From assembly GCF_009914755.1 (NCBI RefSeq), contig NC_060947.1: a DNA stretch of 64,000 nucleotides. One strand, 5' to 3'. The stretch is from the human T2T-CHM13v2.0 reference genome, Homo sapiens. The stretch's first letter is position 1. Each line of letters opens with the position of its first letter. Made by a program: the position numbers and the translations under genes. Below are positions 34,233 to 46,460 of the stretch, in pieces. The notes beneath the pieces were generated by a model that saw nothing but the letters and a program-made list of their open reading frames with translations, was not told the origin of the DNA and searched no databases.

Positions 34233-34791
34233 AAAAAGAGTGTCATATTGCTTTATCCTATGAAATGTAGTGAATTTGACATTTAGATAATTAAACTGGC
34301 ATTTATTAGAAATATGGGAAATTCTCTATTGATATCCATGTTAAGACATTTCTATGAAAACTGTAGAATGATGAGGAGACCCTTGTCTGTGGCACATGCC
34401 AATGAGATTAAATATTGGCACTTAACATATCACGGGAATCTGGGGAGAAGCCCAGTATTATTAAAAATAGAGGATGGGGACTACAGAATAACATGTAAAA
34501 CACTACTTATTGAGTAGAGTTATGAACTAAAAATAGCATTGCTATGCTATTGGGATTGAGGTGAAAAGAGTGAAAAGGGAGCTTTCAATGAGAACAATAT
34601 TAAATCCCCTATCTATGCTGATAATATCAGACCTAACAACTGCCACCAAAACCAGAGCAATGATATAGTGTGGGTTCAGGATGTAGGGATGTCAGTAAGG
34701 CAGGTTAAAACCTAAGGTAGGAGAACAAAACAAGATGTGATCCACTGTGATTCTGAAGAAGGGAAAGCCAGTGAAAACATTCCTCTTTTGC

Positions 34792-34945
34792 CTTTATTCT
34801 AAAGGATGTGCCTTTGGGTGATTTATAAAATGAAGTTTAGCTCCTTCTCAATTTTGTGAACATCTCTGTTGCTCTAAGGGCAGCTATTTCCAGACATTGC
34901 CAAGCTTGGATGGAGGTATATGTTTGGAAATGTTATACAGGCAGA
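34792..34945 (+). repeat. Left arm of a 154-bp inverted duplication
   Basis: Reverse complement of 36362-36515, ungapped, with 11 mismatches by hand count. Confidence 0.95.
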
Positions 34946-35019
34946 GTAGTACAGTGGGGAAGAGACCTACATTCAAGGTCAGAATATTTGGATCACATCC
35001 TGATTTTTCAATGAGGCTT

Positions 35020-35583
35020 ATAATATTTTATTTGTATAAATTTAAGGGGTACAAGTATACTTAATGTTACATGGATATATTGTGTAGTGGTGAAGTCTGG
35101 GCTTTTGGGGTAACCATCACCTGAATAGTGTACATTGTACCCATTAAGTAACTTCTCATCCTTCACCCCGCGATACCCTTCCACCCTTCTATATCTCCAG
35201 TGTCAATTATCTCACATTCTATGTCCATGCATACACATTATTTATCTCTCACTTATAAGTGAAAACATGCAGTATTTGACTTTTTGTTTCTGAATTGTTT
35301 CACTTAATATAATGGCTTCCAGTTCCATCCATGTTGCTGCAAAAGACATGATTTCATTCCTTTTTACGGCTGATTAGTATTTCATGGTATGTGTGTATAT
35401 ACATATATATTTATGTGCATACATATTTATATGTACATGTGTTTACATGTACATATATTTATATGTACATAATGTATTTATATGTATATGTGTACATATA
35501 TTTATATTTATATACATATATATTTATGTGTATACACACACGCGTCACGTTTTCTTTATTCAATCATCCATTGATGGGCACTT
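35020..35583 (-). mobile_element. L1PB4/L1MA-like 3' end containing a (TA/TG)n low-complexity expansion (35385-35545)
   Basis: 'tttaaggggtacaagt...gttacatggatatattgtgtagtggtgaagtctgggctttt...ttccagttccatccatgttgctgcaaaagacatg'. Confidence 0.85.
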
Positions 35584-35599
35584 TAGAGACAAACTCTGA

Positions 35600-36095
35600 C
35601 TTCAGCTGCAATACTTATAATTACACATCTAGTCATGTCATTCCCTTATCTAAAACCTTTCAGGTGTTAAAAGTTGTGAGAAAAATGGGGCTTATGCTCT
35701 TCATCCACACAAGGCCCCCTATGGCTGTATCCTACCTCTTTCACCAGTGTGATCTCTGTTTACCCTCCACCCAACCCCTAAGAGCCTAGTGAGACTGAAC
35801 TGCTTGACCTTTCCTCCTGAACTGTGTTCTTCCAGAGGAGACATTGTTCCCTTCTTTTCCCACCAAACTCATTTATATTTATTCTCAACGTTCAGTTCAG
35901 CTGTCATCCCCTTCAAAAATCCTTCACTGGATCCAGTTGGACTGAGGCCCTCTCCCTGCTGTTTCCATAACATGTCATATTAGGATGAAAAACATCTGTG
36001 ACCCTGACTATGAGGGCATGGCCTGTGTTTTTGTTGTCTCTATATCCCGAGGCCCACCACGGGAAAAATAGTCACTCCAGAAAAAAACCTATTGG
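35600..36095 (+). mobile_element. L2 remnant
   Basis: 'catgtcattcccttatctaaaacctttcag', 'gagggcatggcctgtgtttttgttgtctctatatccc'. Confidence 0.5.
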
Positions 36096-36227
36096 ACCAA
36101 ACAATCATAAATTGAGGGAAATAACACTTGCCTAATACCTAACAGATTACTGGCAAGCAAAAGTTGGGTATTAACATAATACATGTAAGAGTGTATGGAG
36201 GAATGAGCATTTACTTAACCCTTAATA

Positions 36228-37400
36228 TGTTTATTTATGCATTCATTCCCAAAATATTTATTGAATATCAACCATGTGTCTGCAGCACTGGAGATATAAC
36301 AGAGAATATCATTGACCAAGTCCTTCTCTTCATAAAATCTACCTTGCAAGAGGAACATATATCTGCCTGTATGCCATTTCCAAACATATACCTCCATCCA
36401 AGCTTGGCAATGGCTAGAAATAGCTGCCTTTAGAGCAATAGAGATGTTCACAAAATTGAGAAGGAGCTAAACTTCGTTTTATCAATCACCCAAAGGCACA
36501 TCCCCCAGAATAAAGACCAATAACTATATATCCCATTAAGTGAAGAAATAGTATAAAGAGAAACAGAGCAATGTGAGCAAATGGAAATTGAAGAGCGTTA
36601 CTATTTTAAATATGGTGTCCAGTAGGACCTGTTTGATGAGGTGGTGATTAATCTAAGGGAAGTAAGAAAGTAGGCCATTTGATACTCTTTCTGACAGTGT
36701 TCTAGACAAAGAGAGTTCATCAAGTCTGAAGGCCTGGAGACAGGACCTTGTTTGCCATGTTCGAGGAACAGCAAGGAGCCTGGTGTGGATCAAGGGCACT
36801 AAGTGAGGGAGAGTCTGATAGGAGATGAAACAGAAGAGGTAGTGAGGAGACCAAATGATATAAAGGCCTTGAAAACCATGGACAGGACTTGAGTTTTGTT
36901 TTAAGTGAGGTGAAAGTCAGTGGTAGAAAAGGTGAGGGAGCAGACGTGATCTGACTTATAGTTTAGAAGGCTTCCTCAGGTAAGCTGGACTAAATGGGAA
37001 GCAAGGATAGATGCTAGTGATCAGAAGATCATAGCATGGACTGGGGAGACAGCAGTCAGATTTTGGATTTAGCGTGAAGACAGAGCAAACAGGATTTGCC
37101 AAATATTTGAATGTATGAGAGAAAGATGAGTTAAAGAGGCCTCTGGGATTTTGAATCCCCAAAAGATTGGAGTTGGATTTATGAGATGTGAGGAGCTACA
37201 GAAAGGATAGGTTGGGGCAAGGGGTGGGTAGGTAATCAGAAGTCTGGTTAATTAATGTCATAGCATGGTTATATGCTAATGGGAGTTATGCAGCACTAAG
37301 TAAAAAAAATCATGTAAGAGAGTGGCAAATTGCTAAAATGATGTCTGTGAGATGACAGGAGGGAATGGGATCTAGCACTGACCTTAGATAAGGGCATAAA
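36228..37400 (-). mobile_element. L2 remnant, interrupted by the inverted duplicate
   Basis: L2 3' end 'gcattcattcccaaaatatttattgaatatc', 'gccatgttcgaggaacagcaaggagcc' and 'gaagacagagcaaacaggatttgcc'. Confidence 0.75.
36362..36515 (-). repeat. Right arm of the 154-bp inverted duplication
   Basis: TCTGCCTGTAT...AGAATAAAG is the reverse complement of 34792-34945. Confidence 0.95.
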
Positions 37401-37704
37401 CAATATCAGATATTACACTGGGGGTTTAGGCCCTGTGGAACACTGCACAAACATAAGGCACTTATAGGCACAACTTCATTAACTAGATTTATGAATATTC
37501 TAGCTGTTGTATTCTTTGAGGGTAAGTATATTTTCCAGTTGAACTAGTTCAATGAATTAAAATGTCTAAAAGGCCATAGCAATGACATGGTGCATATTGG
37601 ATTTGTGCTCCCTGGAGTCATCCTCAGGCATAGAACTGCAAATTTAAAGATCATTTGGCCTTTTCAAGATTATATCCGTTTCCATGGTCTCCCATGATAC
37701 TCAA

Positions 37705-37860
37705 ATTCTAGGTAAAGTAGGCATTATAATCATTTTATAAATGAAAAAAAAAAACAACAGAGGCCCAAAATACTAAACAGTTTACCCAAAATCACATGGT
37801 TTGTTAGTGATAGAATTAGGACTGGAACCTGGGTTTTCTGTCCTACACCCCAGGGCTTAT
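37705..37860 (-). mobile_element. MIR SINE
   Basis: 'cattttataaatgaaaa...agaggccca...tttacccaaaatcacatggtttgttagtgatagaattaggactggaacc'. Confidence 0.75.
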
Positions 37861-40659
37861 CCTAATAATTGGAATCACAGTCATATTATGCACCTGCCTC
37901 CTTGACCTTGTCCTGACCCAGAAGAGACTTACATAGTTCCAAAGGGGCATTACCCTGGCCACTTGGTCTCTCAGTTCACTAATTTTTCCTGCTTTCTTTT
38001 CTTCATCATTCTCATCCTTGGAGTAATAGAAAAGGCTTGTAACCTTCTCATAGGAAAGCGATTAACTATGGGGATAAAGAACTGGACTCCTGTCAGGATG
38101 CACAAGAAAAACTATGTCTCTCCTCCTCAGGTAACAAAGCTAACCTGTTGCCATGGTTCTTTCTGACATCCTGGTTTAATGTTTCTCATCTGCACGCAGG
38201 GGGCTTAAAGGATATTGATTTTCCAGGCATTCTAGATAAGTAGAGAAACTTCCACATGTTTGTTTATGGGTTATATTGCAGATTCTGCCTTTTTTTCTTC
38301 CTCTCCCTCCTCTTCTTCTATTTTCCAAATGCCTTTAAAGGGGCTTACAGAATTCATACTGTCAAACATAGCAAAAACAAATAGCAGAGACAAAAAGGAT
38401 GAAGGGAAGATAATAAGGACTGGATGATTCTCAAGTGAGATTAAATAAAATGGCCAAAGCCCTACACATCTTCTAGAGGCAGCATGTATTCTTGGCTCTG
38501 TGCTTCTCAACAGCCAAAGCAAAGGGGAAAACATGACCAATAAAATATCCATGAGCATCCACAGAATTATGACAAATTAGTTGCTCAGAAATGTAGCCTT
38601 TTCTGTTACTAATATGAAAGAGAAATTTGCCCCATAGGCCATTAAAAGAGGACTTGGGAAATAGAATAGATGAAGTCCTTATAAAATCCTCACAGTGAAT
38701 ACTGCAGTGTTTCCCAAGGCTAGAGACTAGAGATTAGACTCTTCTAAGAGGAGAAGAGGGAAGAGGAGAGGAGAGGAGTCTGATAATATAAGGCTTTAGA
38801 AGAGCTCAGTTCAGTAATAGTAACCCAAAGAAGAGACATCACAAATTGATCCAGGTGAAAAGCTTTCTGTTAGTCTGACTTGATGCATTTCTCAAACATT
38901 TTGATCTCAGGACTACTTTGCATTTTTTAAAATTATCAAGGACTCCAAAGAACCTTTGTTTATGTGGAGTATATCTACCAATATTTACTTGATTTGAAAT
39001 TTAAATGACAACTTTGAGAAATATGTATTTGAAAAATTCATTTAAAAATAATCCATTACATGTCAACATAGCAACATATTTTTCAAAACAAAAAAATTAG
39101 TGAAAAAGTGACATTGTTTTATATTTTGGCAAATCTCCTTAATGTCTGGCGTAATAGAAGACAGCTGGGTTCTCATATTTCCTTCTGCATTCTAATTGTT
39201 AAGACATATTTTGGTTGAAGTATATGAAGAAAATCCAGCATTACATAGATATTTTATTGGAAAAGGGAAGAGTATTTTAAGAGCCTTTTCTGATAACTGT
39301 GAGTATTCCTTTGTACTACAACAAAATTTGACAAGTGGCTATTTCTTAAAGGTTAGTTGCAATGTGGAATCCAAAAGTATATTGACGAACTTTTCATGTG
39401 CTGTTACATTACACTTCATTGCTCTATCTTGCACTTTTAATAGATCTTCTACCCATGCATGATTTTGTAGTATCATTCGTCATTCGGAAAATACAGATTC
39501 ACTGAGTTGAGTAGATCTTCTAAATGTTGATATATTTTATTATATCAAAAAATCACATTTGCTAATATTGCCACTGATCTCATTAGAAAGCCCTTAAGTG
39601 TTTGGAAGCTGTCAAGTTCGCAGTAACAGATATAAGTTTTCCAAATTTCCAATTTTCAGTTGAAAGCTAAAATTTTATCTTTGGTAACAAATATGATCAG
39701 TTGTTTTCCTTGAAGTGACAGGTTCTTTTTGTTCATTTTGAAGAAAATGTCTGCCGAATGCCCAAATCTGAATAACCACAGTTTGATTGTTAGTCATTCT
39801 TCAAGTAAAAATGGTGTTTGAAGGAAAAAAATAAAAGAGACTAGTTCAGCTTATAAGTCAGTTGCACAAGTGCTCTTCCTGGAGACAACCCTCATGCTTC
39901 AGCGTGCAGTGGAATTGTTTTATTCATGCTTTCCATTGCATCACACATTCTGTGAGTTCAAAGGTTGAGATTTAATAAAATTAGTCACTTTTACCTTAGC
40001 ATCAAGGACATTCTTAACTAAAATTTACTCTTTCCCTTTATTTTGCTTGTTGTTTCTTTTTGTTTTGTTTTATCTTTTACTGTGAGGGAATGGCATTGAA
40101 GAAGATGATGACTACTAGTATAGTTGGTGCCACTGCCTTGATTCATGCCAGGGTGCCAGCCGTTTGCCATTATATTTGCACCATCACAGTGTAAAAGCCA
40201 ATAAATCTTAGTATTAATTACTATAGTTATAGGTTAAAATATAAAAGCATACCTTGTTTAATTGCACTTCACTTTACCATGCTTTGCAGATAATGTATTT
40301 TTTTATAGATTGATGGTTTGTGGCAACCCTGTATCGAGCAAGTCTATCGGTGCCATTTTTCCAATAGCATGTGCTCACTTCACTTCTCTGTGTCACATTT
40401 TGGTAATTCTCACAATATTTCAAACTTTTTCATTATTATTATAACTGTTTTAGTGATCTGTGATCGGTGAGTTTTTATGTTACTATTGTAATTGTTTTGG
40501 GGTGCCACAAACCGCACCCTTGGAAGACAGCAAACTTAATCAATAAATTTCACATGTGCTCTGACTGCTCCACTGACTGGCTGTTTCTCCATCTCTCTCC
40601 CTCTCCTTGGCGTCCCTATTCCCTGAGATACAACAGTACTGAAATTAGGCCAATTAATA

Positions 40660-42010
40660 ACCTTACAACGGCCTCTAAGTGTTCAGTTCAAAGAAAGAGT
40701 TGTGCACCTCTTACTTTAAATCAAAAGCTAGATATGATTAAACTTGATGAGGAAGGGAAGCTGAAAGCCAAAATAGGCTAAACACTAGGCCTCTTGTGCC
40801 AAACAGTCAAGTTGTGAATACAAAGGAAAGTTCTTGAGGGAAATTAAAAGTGCTACTCCAGTCAACATATGAATGATAAAAAGCAAAACATCCTTATTGC
40901 TTATAAGGAGAAAGTTTGAGTGGTCTGGATAGAAGATCAAACCAGCCACAACATTCCTTGAAGCCAAAGCCTAATACAGAGCAAGGCCCTAACTCTCTTC
41001 AATTCTGTGAAGGCTGAGAGAGGTGAGGAAGCCGAAGAAGAAAAGTTTGAAGCTAGCAAAGGTTGGTTCATGAGATTTAAGAAAAGAAGCCATCTCCATA
41101 ACATAAAAGTGCAAGGTGAAGTAGCAAGTCTTGATGGAGAAGCTGCTGCAAGCTATCCAGAAGATCTAGCTAAGATCATTGATGAAGGTGGCTATGCTAA
41201 ACAACAGATTTTCAATGCAGACCAAACAACCTTCTATTGGAATAAGATGCCTTCTAGGATTTTTATACCTAGAGAGAAGTCATTGCTTGGCTTCAAAGGA
41301 TAGGGTGACTCTCTTGTGGCCTCATACAACTGGTGACTTTACGGTGAAGTCAATGCTTATTTACCATTCAGAAAATCCTAGGACCCTTAATAATTACGCT
41401 AAATCTACTCTGTCTGTGCTTTATAAATGGAACAAAGTCTAGATGACAGCACATCTGTTTATAGCATGGTTTACTGAATATTTTAAGCCCAGTGTTGGAA
41501 CCTACTGTTCAGAAAAAAAAGATTCCTTCCAAAATATTGCTGTTCATTAATGGTACACTTGATTACCCAAGAGCTCTGATGGAGATATACGAGGACATTC
41601 ATGTTGTTTCTGTGCCTGCTAAAACAACATCCATTCTGCAGCTCATTGATCAAGGAGTAATTTCTATTTCAAGTATTATTTTCTAAGAAATACATTTTGT
41701 AAGGCTATAGCTGCCATAGATAGTGAATCCTCTAATGGATGTGGGCAAAGTAAATTGAAAATTTTATGGAAATGATTAACCGTTTTAGACACCATTAAGA
41801 ACATTCATGATTCATGGAGGGAGGTCAAAATATCCACACTAACAGGAGTTTGGAGGACATTGATTCCAACCCTCATGGATGACTTCGAGAGGTTGAAGAC
41901 TTCAGGGGAGAAAGCAACTGCAGATATGCAAATAGCACAAGAACCACAATTAGAAGTGGAGCCTGAATATATGACTGAACTGCTGCCATCTCATGATAAA
42001 ACTTGAATGG
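40660..42010 (+). pseudogene. Tigger1 transposase, fragmented
   Basis: 'LTLNQKLDMIKLDEEG' (HTH-psq), '[17 protein letters not shown]' (CENP-B-type HTH), and '[11 protein letters not shown]' and 'LIDQGVI' (DDD-domain motifs), with stops and frameshifts. Confidence 0.88.
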
Positions 42011-42308
42011 ATTAAGAGTTGTTTCTTATGGATGAGCAAAGAAACTGGATTCTTGAGACCGAATGTGCTGCTGGTGAAGATGCTGCGAGTATTCTTGAAA
42101 TGTCAACAAAGAATTTAGACTATTCCATAAACTTGGTTGATAAAGCGTGGGCAGGGTTGGAAAGGATTGATTCCAATTTTGAAAGAAGTTCTACTGCAGG
42201 CAAAATGCTATCAAACAGCATTGCATACTATAGAGAAATCTTTTGTGAAAGGAGGCATCAATCAGTGTGGCAAACTTCATTGCTGTTTTATTTTAAGAAA
42301 TTGCCACA

Positions 42309-44660
42309 ACTCTCAAAAAACTGGGTATAGAGGGACCATACCGCTACATATACATAATAAAAGCCATATACGATAGACCTGCAGCTAACATCGCACTGAA
42401 TGAGGAAAAACCTGAAAGCCTTTTCCTGTAAGATATGGAACATGACAAAGCTGCCCACTTTTACCACTGTTATTCAACATGGTACTGGAAGTCTTAGCTA
42501 GTGCAATCAGACAAGAGAAAGATATAAAGGGCATCCAAATTGGAAAGGAAGAAGTCAAATTATCCTTGTTTGCAGATGATATGACCTTAGATTTGGAAAA
42601 GCTTAAAGACTCTACAAGAAAATTATTAGAACTGATAAACAAATTCAGTAAAGTTACAAGATACAAGATCAACAGACAAAAACCAGTAGGGTTTCTATAT
42701 GCCAACAGTGAACAATCTGAAGAGGAAATCGAGAAAGTAATCCCATTTACAATACCCGCACATAAAATTAAATACCTGGGAATTAACATAACCAAAGAAG
42801 TGAAAGGTCTCTGTAATGAAAACTACAGAACATCAATAGAGGAAATTGAAGAGGACACCAAAAAATGGAAAAATATTCCATATTCATGGATTACAAGAAT
42901 GAATATCGTTAAAATGCCCATACTGCCCAAAGCAATCTACAAACTTAATGCAATCCCTGTCAAAAATACCAATGACACTCTTCACATAAATAGAAAAAAC
43001 AATCCTAAAATTTATATGGAGCCACAAAAGGCTCAGAATAGCCAAAGCTATCCTAAGTAGAAAGAACAAAACTGGAGAAATCACATTACCTGACTTCAAA
43101 TTATTTTACAGAGCTATTGTAACCAAAGTAGCATGGTACTGGCACAAAAATGGATACATAGACTAATAGAGCAGAATACAGAATCCAGAAACAAACGCAC
43201 ACACCTAGAATGAACTCATTTTTTACAAAGGTGCCAAGAACATACACTAGGGAAAAGACAATCTCTTCAATAAATGATGCTGGGAAAACTGGATGCCCAT
43301 ATGCAGAAGAATGAAACTAGACCTCTATCTCTTGCCGTATACAAAAATCAAATCAAGATGGATTAAAGACTTAAATTTAAGACCTGAAACTATGAAACTA
43401 ATACTAGAAAACATTGGGGAAAATATCCAGGACATTGGTCTGGCAAAAATTTCTTGAGCAATACCCCACAAGCCCAGGCAACCGAAGCAAATGGGACCAC
43501 ATCAAGTTTAAAAGCTTCTGCATGGCAAAGGAAACAATCAACAAAGTGAAGAGACAACCCACAGAATTAGGAGAAAATATTTGCAAACTACACCTCTGAC
43601 AAGGGATCAATAACCAGAATGTATAAGGAGCTCAAACAACTCTACAGAAAAAAAAAATCTAATAATTCAATGAAGAAACAGGCAAAAGATTTCAACAGAC
43701 ATTTCTCAAAAGAAGACATACGAATGGGAAACAGGCATTTGGAAAGGTGCTCAGCATCACTGCTCATCAGAGAAATGCAAATCAAAACTGCAATAAGATA
43801 TCATCTCAACTCCAGTTAAAATGGCTTATATCCAAGAGACAGGCAATAACAAATGATGCTGAAGATGTGGAAAAAAGGAACCCTTGTACACTGTTGGTGG
43901 AAATGTAAATTAGTACAACCACTATGGAGAAGAGTTTGGAGGTTCCTCAAAAAACTAAAAATTGAGCTACCATATGATCCAGCAATCCCACTGCTGGGTA
44001 TATACCCAAAAGAAAGGAAATCAGTATATGGAAGAGATATCTGCACTTCTATGTTTGTTGCAGCACTGTTTACAATAGCTAAACTTTAAAAAAAAACTAA
44101 ATGTCCATCAATAGATGAATGGATAAAGAAAATATGGTACATGTACACAACGGAGTACTATACAGCCATGAAAAGAATGAGATCCAGTCACTTGGAACAA
44201 CATGGAAGGAACTGCAGATCATTATGTTAAGTGAACTAAGCTAGGCACAGAAAGACAAACACACATGTTCTCACTTATTTATGTGATCTAAAATTCAAAA
44301 CAATTGAATTCATGGACATAGAGAGTAGAAGGATGGTTACTAGAGGCTGGAAATGGTAGTGAGGGATGGGGTGTAGAGAGTATGTTTAAGGGGTACAAAA
44401 AAATAGAAAAAGTGAATAAGACTTACTATTTGATAGCACAACAGGGTGACTATAGTCAATAATAATTTAATTGTACATTTTAAAATATCGTAAGAGTGTT
44501 ATTGGATTTTTTGTAACTCAAAGGATAAATACTTGAAGGGATGAATACCCCATTCTCCATGATGTAATTATTTCATGTTGCATGTCTGTGTCAGTACATC
44601 CCATGTACCCCATAAATATATACAGTTACCAAATACCCACAAAAATTGGAAAAAAAAATT
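42309..44660 (+). mobile_element. 5'-truncated L1MA2-like element inserted in Tigger1
   Basis: ORF 42479..43060 reads '[11 protein letters not shown]'. L1MA 3'UTR and A tail are present. TSD AAGAAATTGCCACA (42295-42308) / AAGAAATTACCACA (44663-44676). Confidence 0.92.
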
Positions 44661-45843
44661 TTAAGAAATTACCACAGCCACCCCAACCTTTAGCAACCAC
44701 CACTCTGATCATTCAGCAGCCATCAACACGGAGGCAAGACCTTCCACTGGTAAAAAGATTACAACTCACTGAGAGCTTAGATGATCATTAGCATTTTTAG
44801 TAACAAAGTATTTTTAAATTAAGATGTATACTTTTTAAAGACATAATGCTATTGCACACTTACTACACACTACAGTATGTATAAACATAACTTTTATATG
44901 TACTAGGAAACCAAAAAAATTATGTGACTTGCCTCATTGCAATATTTGCTTTAATTGCAGTGGTCTGGAATTGAACCCACAATATCTCCAAGGCCTGCCT
45001 ACATTAGTATGTACTCAGTATAATTGGCCTTTGTATTAATATGCAAACAGTATTGACACTTAAATGCTTTGAAGAGGTGTCTGTAGAGAACTCTTTGAGA
45101 ATTGCTCATCTTGGGGAAAGGATGGGCTGCATATCCACCAGGTAATTTTATATACATATTTTTATACATTTTATATGTATATAAAAATTTTAAGGGTCGT
45201 ATAGTACCCTTAAAATGGATTTTTAAAATTAAATTTTATATTTTGAGACCATTATAAATTCACAGGCAGTTTTAAGAAATAATAGGAAGAGATCCTGTGC
45301 ATCCTTTGCCCAGTTTCCCTCAATAGTGACATCTTCCAAAACTACAGTACAATAGCACAAACAGATCACTGACATTGATACAATCAAGATACAGAATAGC
45401 TTCTTCACCACAAGAATTCCTTGTATTGCCTTTGCATAGTCACATCCACTTTTCCCCTTTCCATTGCCACCTATCTCCTTCTCCCTGCAATCTTTCATCT
45501 GTTTTTATTTCTAAATTTTGTCATTTCAGTAAGATTATCTGAATGGTATGGTATGTACCCATTTGGGATTTTCAATCTACATAATTCCTTGAGGATTCAT
45601 CCATGTCGTATAAATATTTTGTTCCTATGTACTGCTGAGTAGTATTCCATTCCATGAATATGACACAGTTTGTCTATTAATTCACCCTTTGAAAGGCATT
45701 TCAGTCAGATTCTGGTTATTACAAATAAGCTGCTGTGAAGATTGATGTATACGTTTTTGTGTATACACAAAACGTGTGTATGAATGAAAATTGTGAATGA
45801 ATGTTGTGAATGAAAGTTGTCTGTTCTCTGGGATATTTGCCGG

Positions 45844-46153
45844 TTTTTGTTTTGTTTTGTTTAAAGACATGGTCTCACTTTGTCACCTAGGCTAGAGTGC
45901 AGTGGCGTGATCATAGTTTACTGTAACTTCAAATTCCCGGACTCAAGCCATCCTCCCCGCTCTGCCTCTGGAGTAGCTGGGAATGCAGGCACACGCCACC
46001 ATGCCTGGCTAATTTTTTTTTTTAATTGTTTTTTGTAGAAATGAGGTCTTGCTATGTTGCCCAAGCTGGTCTCAGACTCACGGCCTCAAGTGATCCTTCC
46101 ACCTCTGCCTCTCAAAGTGTTGGGATTACAGGCATGAGCCACTGTGCCCTGCC
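45844..46153 (-). mobile_element. AluJ-like element
   Basis: Full dimer with J diagnostics (gtgatcatag, ctcaagccatcctccc, ttgctatgttgccca). Confidence 0.92.
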
Positions 46154-46346
46154 AGGTTCGTATTGTAATAAACTGTCAAATTGTTTTCCAGAATAGCTGT
46201 GTTATTCTCCATCCCCACCAGCAAAGTATGAGTGATCCATTTTCTCTACCTTCTTGCCAGCATTTGGTATAGTCATAATGTTTTTATCTTAGCCATTCTG
46301 GTATGTGTATAGTGATATCTCCTTATGGTTTTCATTTGCATTTCTC

Positions 46347-46460
46347 TATGTAACTAACCTGCACAATGTGTACATGTACCCTAAAACTTAAAGTATAATA
46401 ATAAAAAATAATCATAATTATAAAAAAGGAAAAAAAACCAAAATAATAATAATAATAATA
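46347..46460 (+). mobile_element. Tiny L1PA2-type 3' terminus with A-rich/(AAT)n tail
   Basis: TATGTAACTAACCTGCACAATGTGTACATGTACCCTAAAACTTAAAGTATAAT followed by the tail. Confidence 0.88.

Larger units (their letters stand above)
40244..45001 (+). mobile_element. Near full-length Tigger1 (pogo/TcMar), pieces 40244-42308 and 44677-45001
   Basis: Degenerate TIRs TA|AAAGCATACCTT and AAGGCCTGCCTA. The two pieces sum to about 2.39 kb and contain transposase fragments. Confidence 0.93.
38884..45106. mobile_element. Charlie1a-like hAT transposon (pieces ~38884-40220 and ~45030-45106), split by Tigger1
   Basis: Start 'tttctcaaacattttgatctcaggac...ccaaagaacctttgtttatgtgg'. The terminal part '...ctctttgagaattgct' lies after the Tigger1. 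Confidence 0.7.

Noticed and set aside
35384-35789. Tyr/Ile/Cys-rich ORFs (likewise the His/Thr ORFs at 60503..60758)
   Set aside because: Read-through of TA/TG and CA microsatellites.
38120-38165. Splice-like CTCCTCAG/GTAACA and RFX half-site GTTGCCATGG
   Set aside because: There is no partner splice site or recognisable frame, and the X-box second half is missing. This is consistent with chance.
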